A DNA stretch of 64,000 nucleotides, taken from Candidatus Poribacteria bacterium (GTDB taxonomy: Bacteria > Poribacteria > WGA-4E > PCPOR2b). Each line of letters opens with the position of its first letter. Position 1 is the stretch's first letter. A model generated the notes under the pieces. It saw nothing but the letters and a program-made list of their open reading frames with translations. It was not told the DNA's origin and searched no databases. The position numbers were made by a program, and so were the translations under genes. Positions 39,768 to 50,115 of the stretch are shown here, one piece after another. Location: NCBI GenBank assembly GCA_965218095.1, contig OZ244587.1, forward strand, positions 5,920,001 to 5,984,000. The letters run 5' to 3'.

Positions 39768-40842
39768 TGAAGAAAGACGGGAAATCTTGAGAATGCTTGC
39801 AGAGGAGAAAATCAACGTCAAGGAAGCAGAGATGCTGCTGCGTGCTCTCAGTGAAACTGCCGATGCACGCAAACAACCTGACACCGAAGATGAAAAATCC
39901 AAAGAGGGAGAAGAGATCTTTCAAGAAGTAACAAAGATCTTTCAGGGGGTTGGGCGAGAGATTGAGGGTGAGGTGAGTAAGGCGGTTGAATCGGTACAGC
40001 GGTTTGATGTTGGGAAGATCGTCAACGAGGTGGTTGAGCAGGTGAAGTCATCTGTCTCTGACGCTATCGACATAACGGAAGAAGGGGATGGAAAACGGAA
40101 GGTCCGGGAACAACTGGACTGGACGTTTGATGGCGCCGGCGTTTCAAGGATCGATGCGCAAACCGTCAACGGCTCAATCTCGCTCAAAGGCTCAGACCAT
40201 GATCAGGTCATCGTGCGTGCATGGAAGAAGGTTCGCGGAAAAAGATTCGGTGCAGAGGAATTTGCCCAGGAGGTCGAAGTTTGTGTCGAGCAGATCGGAG
40301 ACGAGATTCGGATTTACCACGAACACCCCAAGCCCCCGAAAGGGGTCAATGTCATTGTGCGTTATGAAATCGAGAGCCCGCGGACAGTAGATGTGAACCT
40401 TCGCACCGTCAACGATAAGGTCCAAATCAGCGGCATTGATGGTGCGATTGATGCGACGACCGTCAACGGCCCAATCAAATTGGAAGGGGAGACAGGCCCC
40501 ATTCATGCGCATACCACCAACGGGGAGATTGAGACGGACATCGGGCTGCTCATCAACAACGCAAAGTTTTCGACCACCAATGGATCGATCGATGTGAAGG
40601 TGCACGCCGGCGTCGCCCCTGTGATCGCAACCACGACTAACGGCTCTATTGATCTGACGCTCCCTGCAGATTTCGCTGGGCGCCTCGACGCTAAAACCAA
40701 TAACGGGAGGGTCCATTCCGATTTCCCCATCCTTGTTGCCGGGAAGATCAAAAACCGGCTCGAAGGCAAAATTGGTGAAGGCGGCGAGGCGCTTGTCAAA
40801 CTGCGGAACTTGAATGGAAGCATTCATTTGAGACAGCGATAG
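39760..40842 (+). CDS. SHOCT-like N-terminus plus DUF4097 beta-solenoid protein
   Basis: EERREILRMLAEEKI, followed by repeated T(V/T)NG-x-I turns. Confidence 0.85.
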   Translation: MNNEERREILRMLAEEKINVKEAEMLLRALSETADARKQPDTEDEKSKEGEEIFQEVTKIFQGVGREIEGEVSKAVESVQRFDVGKIVNEVVEQVKSSVSDAIDITEEGDGKRKVREQLDWTFDGAGVSRIDAQTVNGSISLKGSDHDQVIVRAWKKVRGKRFGAEEFAQEVEVCVEQIGDEIRIYHEHPKPPKGVNVIVRYEIESPRTVDVNLRTVNDKVQISGIDGAIDATTVNGPIKLEGETGPIHAHTTNGEIETDIGLLINNAKFSTTNGSIDVKVHAGVAPVIATTTNGSIDLTLPADFAGRLDAKTNNGRVHSDFPILVAGKIKNRLEGKIGEGGEALVKLRNLNGSIHLRQR

Positions 40843-40900
40843 TGAAGATTATGAACCAATGTGTTCAGAAGTTCATGGGTAAGCCTTCAGAGGGTAGACC

Positions 40901-41165
40901 AGAAACCGAGTTTTTTAAGCCATGAGCCGGAAGCTCGACCTCAGATCGTTTTCTGTTGTGCCGCAATTTATTTCTCCGTGTGAAAAACTCGGTTTCTTTG
41001 CCTGGGGTGAACGGTTACGTTCATGGGTTCAGTGAACTGAGAGCAACCGTTCAAGACTAGCCGGAGTGAGTGCTGATTGAGTAACCGCAGGTGTTCGAAA
41101 CCAAGAACCAGGCATATGTCGCTCACTGAGTTTCAATATGTCGCTGCCCTCCGACTCAACCGGCG
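40901..41165. repeat. Cluster of intergenic palindromic repeats
   Basis: Inverted repeat AGAAACCGAGTTTTT / AAAAACTCGGTTTCT, plus a TTGAGTA...CGAAACC...CTCAACCGGC unit related to 48338-48445. Confidence 0.6.
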
Positions 41166-41195
41166 TTCGCTTGCCTTAAATGATCTGTATGCACT

Positions 41196-41978
41196 CTATT
41201 TCTCCTCCCGTTTCGCTTCTTCCCAAATCAGATCCAGCCCTGCCAGATCATAGTCTTTGAAAGTTTTGCCGCGCTTTTCAAGTTCCACCTCCATTTTTTG
41301 GAAGCGGTCAATAAACTTGCGAACCGCTTTGCGCAGCGCCTCCTCCGCCTGCAGATTTAGAAAGCGGCACAGGTTCACCACTGAAAACAGCAAATCGCCA
41401 ATCTCCATCTCCATCTCCTCCGTATCCCCCTTTGCCACACTCGCTTTAATCTCCTCAATCTCCTCTTCCACCTTAGGCAGCACATCGGCAACCCTATCCC
41501 AATCGAAGCCAACGCGGGCAGCTTTGCTCTGAATCTTCTGCGCTCTCAGCAGACTCGGCAGACCGTCCACAACCCCGTCGAGGACAGATTTCCGATCTTC
41601 ATAGCCTGCTTCGCTCCGTTTGATTGCCTCCCAAATTTTAAGAACCTCCTCCGTATCGTTCACATCGACATCTCCGAAAACGTGGGGATGGCGGCGGATG
41701 AGCTTATCCGTGATGGATTGCATAACTTCGTTGATACTGAAATCCTCCTGATCTTTTGCAATTTGCGCGTGCAGCATGACCTGCATGAGGAGATCGCCAA
41801 GTTCCTCCTGCAACTTTCCCGGTTCTTTGGCATCGATCGCTTCGATCACTTCGTAGGTTTCTTCGATGAGATCTGACTTCAGTGTTTCGTGAGTCTGTGC
41901 TTTGTCCCACGGACAGCCGTTTTCACCCCTCAACGTGGCGACAACCTGGACGAGTTTATCAAATAGTTCTTTGTGCAT
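41196..41978 (-). CDS. mazG: Nucleoside triphosphate pyrophosphohydrolase MazG
   Basis: Motifs GCPWDKAQT, EELGDLL, KLIRRHPHVFG, GFDW and EIGDLLF. Confidence 0.95.
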   Translation of the reverse strand: MHKELFDKLVQVVATLRGENGCPWDKAQTHETLKSDLIEETYEVIEAIDAKEPGKLQEELGDLLMQVMLHAQIAKDQEDFSINEVMQSITDKLIRRHPHVFGDVDVNDTEEVLKIWEAIKRSEAGYEDRKSVLDGVVDGLPSLLRAQKIQSKAARVGFDWDRVADVLPKVEEEIEEIKASVAKGDTEEMEMEIGDLLFSVVNLCRFLNLQAEEALRKAVRKFIDRFQKMEVELEKRGKTFKDYDLAGLDLIWEEAKREEK

Positions 41979-42033
41979 GTATCCAATATCCTTTACGATT
42001 TCAGTAATACCATTTTGCAGCGGAATGGAGAGC

Positions 42034-42697
42034 TCAGAGCAACGTATCCGCCAATTCTGTGAAATCCTTGACTGTCACATCCGGCAGGTACGGCGAGTCC
42101 TCATACGGCAGCGCGTAGCGATTGACAAATGCGGCTCTGTAACCGCAAGCTCTTGCCCCCATCACGTCGAATGAATTCGCGGAGACCATCAGGCATTCGC
42201 CGACCTCAAGGCGGAGTCTGCTGATGGCAGCGTAGCGGTAGACGCCGGGGTGTGGCTTGAAGGCACCGATGTCCGTAACGGAGATCACGTCATCAAAGTC
42301 CCATTGGACGCGGTTTTTCACAAGGTGGTCAAGGAAATCCGGATCGCCGTTGGAGAGAATAACCAACTGGTATCGGGATCTGAGCCGCTCCACTGCGGAA
42401 AGGACTTCAGGAAAGGGAGATAGCTCCTGCCACGCACGCATAAAATCCTTCACCTCGTTGCTTGAGGCTTGCACGCCATTGAGGTTGAGGGTGTAAACAA
42501 ATGCGCGGCGTACTGTCTCCAGGTAGCCACTGTGACCGAGCATCATCAATGTGTCCTGATACTGCTCAATGCGCTGCCGCGCCCGCCACTGCTCCCAAAA
42601 CCGATCGGGCGATGAAAGGCGTTAGGCTGCCGCCGAGGTCGAGGATGGTACCGAACAGATCAAACGTAAGCGCCTTGACATTTGAGAATTCTTCCAT
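42034..42697 (-). pseudogene. Haloacid dehalogenase type II, frameshifted
   Basis: N-terminal LTFDLFGTILD is out of frame with LSNG...FKPHPGVY...SANSFDVMGA. Confidence 0.8.
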
Positions 42698-43300
42698 TGA
42701 TTTTCCCTTTTCTGATAGGAGTTACGCAGTTGGTGTTAAAGTGTAAAGCGGTTGAGCCAGATAGGCACGAACCGCTTCTCCGATAATCAAGATTTTCGCT
42801 TCAAACCACTCGCAATCCTAGTCCAATATGATTGCGTTGCGCAACTCCCTTGCGAACCAGGCACTGCTCAACACCGACAAATTGATTGATGCCTCGATGG
42901 TATCGTTCGTCCCAGGCCCAATCGGTACTATGAGTGTAACTGGCAAAAGTAGCTATGTCAGGTTTCAGCATAAGATTACAACTTTATTTGTTCCTCCCTC
43001 TATTTTGGGAAATCAAATGAACCATCTCTTCGTGATGTACGAAATTTTAGCACACAAATGACTGATGGACAAGATAAAAGGAAATCTTTCATTGACTGTC
43101 TAGGCAGACTATGCTATACTGCATTATCAGCATCAGATTTATACGACTTTTTCAGTTAGAGGTAAAAATCAGGTATATCATGCCTCCAACCGCTCCCGTC
43201 GGATTGCCAAATCCGATAGTGGGTCAGGACTTGACAATCTAGACCGAGCGAAGTGAAAAACTCGTGAGATTTATCGCATTTTCAGGAGGAAAGATTTGTT

Positions 43301-43762
43301 ATGCAAATAGAAAAGCGACTTGAGGAACTCGGGATTGAGTTGCCGCCGCCAGCGACACCGGCTGGGAATTATGTGACGACGGTGCAAACAGGAAATCTGG
43401 TATTTACCTCGGGGCATGGTCCCGGTAGGGGCAAGGGCAAACTTTATGAAGGTCAGGTGGGCACCGATCTGACGGTTGCGGAAGGGTATCAATCCGCAAG
43501 ACAAGTTGGGCTCTGCCTCCTCAGCACGCTCAAGAACGCCCTCGGCGATCTAGATCGAATCAAACGGATCGTAAAAGTGGTCGGCTTTGTCAATTCCGCG
43601 CTGACTTTCACCGAGCAGCCCGCCGTGGTCAACGGGGCGTCGGATCTGTTTGGGGAAGTGTTCGGCGATAAGGGTAAACACGCTCGGTCGGCTGTCGGGA
43701 TGGTGCAGTTGCCCGGCAGTATTCCGGTTGAAATCGAATTGGTTGTGGAGATTGAAGGGTAA
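43301..43762 (+). CDS. RidA/YjgF family protein
   Basis: Motifs GNYV, VFTSGH, NGASDL, GKHARSAVG and VEIE. Confidence 0.92.
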   Translation: MQIEKRLEELGIELPPPATPAGNYVTTVQTGNLVFTSGHGPGRGKGKLYEGQVGTDLTVAEGYQSARQVGLCLLSTLKNALGDLDRIKRIVKVVGFVNSALTFTEQPAVVNGASDLFGEVFGDKGKHARSAVGMVQLPGSIPVEIELVVEIEG

Positions 43763-43800
43763 TATCGTTAGGCATCAGGCGGTATCCTGGCCCCTAATGC

Positions 43801-45150
43801 CTAATCCCTAATAACCGCCAACACCTCATCCCGTTTTTGTTCCATTAGCGCCTTTAATTTCGCTTCAAGGTTAAGACGGAGCAGCGGTTCAGTGTTGGAG
43901 GGACGCACATTAAAGTGCCAATCGTCAAAGCTGATGGAGACGCCATCTAACCGTTCAACTTTGCCCCCTATACTAAAGATCTCCGCGATTTTTTGCATCT
44001 TGGCTTTCGGGTCCTAGGAGATGTGTGTGTTAATTTCACCGGAGATAAAATAGGTAGATTCCAAAGGCTTCAGCAGATCGGAAAGTTTCGTCCGCTTTTT
44101 GGAGAGCATCTCCATAATGACAAGAGAGGGAAGAATCCCAGAGTCTGCAAAAAAGAAATCCTTGAAATAGTAATGCCCAGTCACCTCTCCGGCGAAAACG
44201 GCGCCTTCTTTCGCCATGCGCTGTTTCATAAGGGCGTGCCCCACCCGCTCCACTAATGGCGTGCCCCCGTCGGCGGTGATAAGATCTCGCACAACCCACG
44301 AAGCGCGAACATCGTACAGGATTTTAGGGCCGGGGAATCGTTCCAAGAGGTGTCGCCCTATCAGCACCGTCATAAAATCGCCGGATACGAACTGCCCACG
44401 GTCATCAATGGCAAAGAAGCGATCCCCATCACCATCAAAGGCGAAACCGACATCAGCGCCTTGGCCGACAACACGCTGTTGTAACTCCGCCCGGTTCTCT
44501 GGTTGCAGCGGATCTAGACCGTGGTTGGGCAGACTCCCATCCGGATCCAAATACATACCTGTCAGGTCTACAGTGAGAAGACGGGCATAGATGCGTCTGA
44601 GGATGGGACCGACCATGCCGTTGCCGGTATCCGCAATCACCTTCAGTGGCGCTAAAGCGTCCACATCAATTAAGCTCAAAACCATCTCGACAAAATCTTC
44701 GGTCAGATCTTTTTCGGTCATTTTTCCCTGACGGGTTGGTTTTGCGAAATCGTCTTTTTCGACGATGTGACGCAGATCTTGAATGCCTTCGTCGCTATTG
44801 AGGAGTTGGGGCATCCGTTTCACCATTTTGAAGCCGCTGTATTGGGCGGGGTTGTGGGAGGCCGTCACCATGATGCCTGCTTGTTCGAGGGTTGCACAGG
44901 CATAGTAGTATTGATCGGTGCTGACCATGCCGATATTAATCACGTCCGTATCGCTTTCCATCAGCCCACGCGTCAGCGCATCGAATATTTGAGGACTGGA
45001 AAGACGCATGTCTCGCCCAACAATGACCTGATCAATTTTGAGAAATGTGACAAAAGCACGACCAATCGCGTAGCCAACCGCTTCGTCCAGCTGATCGGGG
45101 TAAATCCCCCGAATATCGTATGCCTTGAAGATTTCTGGATTCACTTGCAT
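43801..45150 (-). pseudogene. Phosphomannomutase/phosphoglucomutase with an in-frame TAG at 44014-44016
   Basis: Motifs IFKAYDIRG, TASHNP, FDGDGDR and GEVTGHYYF; C-terminal NVRPSNTEPLLRLN continues in frame after the stop. Confidence 0.88.
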
Positions 45151-45244
45151 TTTTTAACCCCTTGAATATAGCACCCTGAGAGTCGAGAGCCAACTAACGG
45201 ATTCACTACGAACTATACAAATTATTCAGGTAGAGAGGAATACT

Positions 45245-46441
45245 ATGGCAGTTCAAGTCGTTAAACCTCGGATTCGAGGCTTCATCTGCACCAGTGCGCA
45301 CCCGGTCGGGTGTCACAAAAATGTGCAGAACCAGATTAATTATATCAAAGAAAACGTCCCAACGAAACAAACAGATCTCAACGTCCTCGTGGTCGGTGCA
45401 TCGACCGGATACGGACTCGCCTCCCGTATTGCCCTCACATGGGCTTACGGCGCGACATCAATCGGGATTTTCTATGAACGCCCGGCTGACGAGAGACGTA
45501 CCGCTACTGCGGGCTACTATAACTCGGCCGCCCTCCACCAACTGGCGCAACAGGATGGCTTTTTCGCCGAGAGCATCAACGGCGATGCCTTTTCTGATGA
45601 AATCAAGGAAGAAACAATCGATCGCATCAAACGGGGCATGGGGAAGATCAATCTGCTAGTTTATAGCATCGCGGCGCCACGGCGCATCCACCCCCGCGCA
45701 GAAGCGGAACATAATTCCGTGTTGAAGCCGATCGGTCAATCCTATACCAGCCAGACAATCGATCTGAACCGGGAGATTGTCGCCGAGACCGTCATTGAAC
45801 CGGCGAACGAAAAGGAGATTGCCGATACCGTCGCCGTGATGGGCGGGGAAGATTTGGAATTTTGGGTCAATGCGCTGCTCGCTGAGGACCTTCTCGCTCA
45901 AGAATTGACGGTGGTCACTTACTCCTACATTGGGCCTGAGGTAACATGGCCAATATATCGCAGCGGCACAATCGGCAAAGCGAAAGAGGATTTGCAAGCC
46001 CGCGTCAACGCGCTCAATGAACGCCTCGCGGATGGGCTTGGGGGACACGCTTATTTATCCATCAACAAAGCGATCACTTCACAGGCTTCAATGGCGATCC
46101 CTGTTGTTCCGCTTTACATGAGCATTCTCAATGATATTATGGACGCAAAAGGGATTAACGAAGATCCGATTGCGCAGATGGGGCGACTTTTCACGGAACA
46201 CCTGGGACCAGATCAATCCCCAACGCTCGACCCTGAGCGCCGCATCCGGCTCGATGACCGAGAACTCCGCTCCGACGTTACTGCTGAAGTGATGGAGCGA
46301 TGGCGGCAGATTAACACCGATAATTTCCGTAATCTCTCCGACTACGACGGTTTGAAGCGCCGTTTTCGCAATCTGTTCGGCTTTGAGGTTGACGGCGTCA
46401 ATTATGACGAAGCTGTGGAAACTGAGGTTAGTCTGCCATAG
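45245..46441 (+). CDS. fabV: Enoyl-ACP reductase FabV / trans-2-enoyl-CoA reductase
   Basis: Motifs GFICTSAHPVGC, GASTGYGLASR, VMGGED and YRSGTIGKAK. Confidence 0.92.
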   Translation: MAVQVVKPRIRGFICTSAHPVGCHKNVQNQINYIKENVPTKQTDLNVLVVGASTGYGLASRIALTWAYGATSIGIFYERPADERRTATAGYYNSAALHQLAQQDGFFAESINGDAFSDEIKEETIDRIKRGMGKINLLVYSIAAPRRIHPRAEAEHNSVLKPIGQSYTSQTIDLNREIVAETVIEPANEKEIADTVAVMGGEDLEFWVNALLAEDLLAQELTVVTYSYIGPEVTWPIYRSGTIGKAKEDLQARVNALNERLADGLGGHAYLSINKAITSQASMAIPVVPLYMSILNDIMDAKGINEDPIAQMGRLFTEHLGPDQSPTLDPERRIRLDDRELRSDVTAEVMERWRQINTDNFRNLSDYDGLKRRFRNLFGFEVDGVNYDEAVETEVSLP

Positions 46442-46620
46442 GTTTACTCTGATGGGGCGGTGAATTTCAGGTGGAATTATCTTCCTTATATACACCCTCA
46501 TTGACAGCAACTTCCTCATCATCGGTAGCCTCGTACTCTCCGTAATCTCCATAAAAATTCAATTGCACCGCACTCAGTGTCACTTGAAAAAACATCACCA
46601 CACGAGTTTTTGTGGGTGAA

Positions 46621-46714
46621 GTAGAGCATGCTGCCAAGTTGCTTTGAATCCCGATCTATCGGGGCTTGTTCTTGCGATCATCCCATACACAGAACGAGCA
46701 AGCTGCACGCTCTA
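46621..46714. repeat. GTAG-type REP-like inverted repeat
   Basis: GTAGAGC...GCTCTAC termini with internal imperfect pairing. Confidence 0.5.
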
Positions 46715-46751
46715 CGATGCAAACTGAAAAAGTTGTATCACTACCACTGAA

Positions 46752-47081
46752 TCACAGCTTCGGATTCTCCTGATGCCGCTGTCGATCCCGCTTCGTTTTC
46801 TTCTCAATTGACTTCCGAAAGGCATCCTCCAGATCTACCCTGGACTGATTCGCTAGACAGATCAGCACAAATAGCACGTCCGCCATCTCTTCCGCCAGGT
46901 CTACCGCCTTGTCCGATGCCTTAAAACTCTGGTCGCCATACCGGCGTGCCATAATCCTCGCCATTTCCCCAACCTCTTCCATCAAGATTGCGGTGTTCGT
47001 CAACTCTGAAAAATAGCTCACCCCAACCGTGTTAATCCATTCATCAACCAGCTTTTGGCAATTTTTGATCGTATATTCCAT
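46752..47081 (-). CDS. MazG-like nucleotide pyrophosphohydrolase (YpjD-like)
   Basis: Motifs YFSELTN, LMEEVGEMAR and EEMADVLFVLICLANQ. Confidence 0.9.
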   Translation of the reverse strand: MEYTIKNCQKLVDEWINTVGVSYFSELTNTAILMEEVGEMARIMARRYGDQSFKASDKAVDLAEEMADVLFVLICLANQSRVDLEDAFRKSIEKKTKRDRQRHQENPKL

Positions 47082-47256
47082 ACATTCACCCCGTGTCTGC
47101 GTACCAATTAAGTAATTTTCAAAAAAAAACCTTGCGAAGATTTGGAACCTTCGCAAGGATCAAACCCTTTCTTCGAAGACCAGAAACAATCTTCCAAAGG
47201 TTTGAGTCAAGCTTTCTTGATCTCATAGAAAGAAACCCTGCACGGACTTAAAACCA

Positions 47257-48105
47257 TTAAGCCCGCCAAGATGTCCGCTTCAGCGGGTCATGGACATCAA
47301 TCGTCAGGGAAGGCCCGAGGCCTTCGATCTCCAAGCGCAGATTATCACCGTCATAGATGGGCGCCAGTGCGTGGTGATGCGTTCCGGTGGAGACGACGTC
47401 TCCTGGTTCAAGCGTCAAGACTTTTGTAACTTCCTCCAGCACTTCGGGTATGAAGCGACCCATTGAGTTGGTGGAGAAGTCGTGTCGGAGGTCATCGTTG
47501 ACCCAGAGGCGTATCCCAAGCTGGTTTGGGTCGGGGACATCATCAGCCGTGACCAGCGCTGGTCCCATCGGAGCAAAAGTGTGCCAGCTTTTCCCCAGGA
47601 AAAAGCCGCCGGGAAGGCCGCGGGCTGAAACGTCTATGAATTGGGTATAGCCGAAAACGTGATCCATCGCTTCAGCTTGTGAAACGTGGGTGGCAGTTTT
47701 GCCGATGACCACGCTCAACTCCGGTTCAAAGTGGAAAACAGTGACGTCTGCCGTCGGGAGTTCAACGGTGTCACCTTTGCCGATGGTTCCAGTAGGGGAC
47801 TTGAGGAAGGCGTTGAATTCCCCCCGATCCGGATATGCAGGCTCTATGTAATTGCCTGCGAGACAGACCAATTGACTAGGTCTGGGGACCGGTGGCCTGA
47901 GACGAACATTGTCGAGTGACACGCCGTCAACTCCTTCGACAGCCTGCTCGATTTTGGGCTGTAGGTCGCTCCAGTCTTTGATGAGCATTTCGATAAGTTC
48001 CTGAGGGCTATGGTAGGAAATCCCCTCCAGCGCAGATGCGACATCAACAATCTGATTACCGCTAATTACACCCAGTTGGTAGTCGTTGAAAAAGGCAAGT
48101 TTCAT
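47257..48105 (-). CDS. Fumarylacetoacetate hydrolase family protein
   Basis: Motifs HFEPEL, DVSARG, GKSWHTFAPMGP and LEPGDVVSTGT. Confidence 0.92.
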   Translation of the reverse strand: MKLAFFNDYQLGVISGNQIVDVASALEGISYHSPQELIEMLIKDWSDLQPKIEQAVEGVDGVSLDNVRLRPPVPRPSQLVCLAGNYIEPAYPDRGEFNAFLKSPTGTIGKGDTVELPTADVTVFHFEPELSVVIGKTATHVSQAEAMDHVFGYTQFIDVSARGLPGGFFLGKSWHTFAPMGPALVTADDVPDPNQLGIRLWVNDDLRHDFSTNSMGRFIPEVLEEVTKVLTLEPGDVVSTGTHHHALAPIYDGDNLRLEIEGLGPSLTIDVHDPLKRTSWRA

Positions 48106-48491
48106 CTTGTTCCTTCCTTTCAATCGTTCGTGATAGTGACAAGAAAATAGCCTGTTTGAATTACAGAAAGCCAACGGCGTGGCTCCTAACAGATTTCATT
48201 ATAGCACGAATCATGGGGATGTCAAGGACTTTTGTAGCGTCAATGACCCGTCTAACCAATCTTCAGGCTCCGGTCGGCCAGGGGGAGTTCGATTTTCTCA
48301 CCACCTCAGAGTTTTTCAGGTATCACCGGAAGCGATTGCCGGTTGAGTAGCGAAGCATATCAAAACCAAGTGAACAGACGCACAGCTTGGTCTCGATACG
48401 TCACGCCGTTTATCCCAATCTTATCGGAGCTCCTACTTGACCGGCGCAATTAGGATCTAAGTGGAAAAAGTCGTATCATGTATCCTGAGAA

Positions 48492-49607
48492 CTACATGCA
48501 GAACATCGCGATCATCCGCTGGTACACACCGACGGCTTCTGAAAGCTGCGAAATCTCAATCCATTCACCGACTGTGTGCGCCTGGGCGATGTCGCCGGGG
48601 CCCAAGATCACGAGCTGAAGGTCATCTTTGAAAGCGTGTGCGTCCGTGCCGAAGGGCACCGTCCCCGGTTTCGTGGTGCCGGTGGCTTTAAGCCCCGCCT
48701 GAACAATCTCGGCATCGGGTAAGATGTAGAATGGCGCCCCTTTGCGCGCTGACACTTCAAAACCGTACTTCTCCGCCCTTTCTGTTACCATTGCAATGAC
48801 ATCGTCGCTGCGATCATTTGGCATTGACCTGAAGCCGAGGGTGCAGACCGTTTTGGCTGCGGAAACATTCGGTCTGCAGCCACCGTCATCAAGGATCATG
48901 TTGAATCCATTCGTCGGTGGATGGAATTCGTGATTCATGAACGACTCATTGGTCTTAAAGCGTTTCGCCAACTCTGCCATCTCAGCGAGAAAGGGCGCGA
49001 TGAGGAAGTTCGCCGAAATCCCCTTATCCGTGCTCGTATGCGCCGCCCGACCGTGTGCAGTCACGATGACTCGCCCGCCACCCTTGTGGGCGTAGACAGG
49101 CGTCAAGCGTGTCGGCTCTGCAATTACGCCGTGTTTGGGGCGTTCCGTGTTAAAGAGGTCTGACTCTTCCGCAACTTGGCGTGCCCCAAAACCGCTGATT
49201 TCCTCGTCCGCTGTGGCGATGATGAAGAACGGCTTCTTCAACTTAGCGGCGTCGATGGAAGCCCCTGCGACGATTGTGGCAGCCAGTGGTCCCTTCATGT
49301 CACAACTCCCACGACCGAAAAGGCGACCATCCTCGACCACTGGATCGAACGGATTCCAATCTCCCTCCAGGCCGGGGACGGTATCTGAGTGGGAGAAAAG
49401 TCCGAAACCATCGGCGCCCTCCCCTTTCTTCCCTACCAGACTCACCTTTCGCTCGCCGTTGTCATCAATGAATTCCAAACGCTCTACCTCAAATGCACAC
49501 TGCTTTAGCGTCTCTTCGAGAAGATCAGAGACCGCTGCATTACTCCGCTGGCTGACAGAGTTGATCGCCACAATATCCTTAGTCAGTTGAACGACATCAA
49601 GTTTCAT
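48492..49607 (-). CDS. M20 metallopeptidase, acetylornithine deacetylase ArgE-like
   Basis: Motifs SHSDTVP, GRGSCDMKG, DEE, AEPT and GPGDIAQAH. Confidence 0.88.
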   Translation of the reverse strand: MKLDVVQLTKDIVAINSVSQRSNAAVSDLLEETLKQCAFEVERLEFIDDNGERKVSLVGKKGEGADGFGLFSHSDTVPGLEGDWNPFDPVVEDGRLFGRGSCDMKGPLAATIVAGASIDAAKLKKPFFIIATADEEISGFGARQVAEESDLFNTERPKHGVIAEPTRLTPVYAHKGGGRVIVTAHGRAAHTSTDKGISANFLIAPFLAEMAELAKRFKTNESFMNHEFHPPTNGFNMILDDGGCRPNVSAAKTVCTLGFRSMPNDRSDDVIAMVTERAEKYGFEVSARKGAPFYILPDAEIVQAGLKATGTTKPGTVPFGTDAHAFKDDLQLVILGPGDIAQAHTVGEWIEISQLSEAVGVYQRMIAMFCM

Positions 49608-50115
49608 TGAAATTAACTCCCATCTAAAATTTACTTCTTGAGAACAGGTTCTGTAATACCGACTTTTTGCAATTATCATCTTTGCAATTCCACATTTGTT
49701 TGGGCTATGCTATCATATACTCAACAGAAGATCTACAAAAAATGGCTCTACGTGGATTCAAGGGGTACGGCAACCCTCCACTCGGCTCGTGAATGATGCG
49801 TGAGTAGTGAGTGGTAGTGGGGTATTTCTCTACTTTTCTACTCCCCTACTTCCCATTCAACTTCCCTATTAGTGCTTTTTGCGCCCTTTCCATTCCAGTT
49901 CTTGGCCAGCAGGGCAAAATGATAACAGTCGTTGTCAAGGAAGGACAACACATCCAAGATCTCGCGGCGGAGTATCTTAATGACGCTAACCTTTGGACAG
50001 AAATTCTTAGAGTCAATAGTTTGAGCTCCGTGAGTCAGGTCAGGGTCCTGATCTTCCTATCAGAATTGGTCGAATTTGCTGGCAACGAAACATCGTTTGA
50101 GGAGGTATTTTTTCT

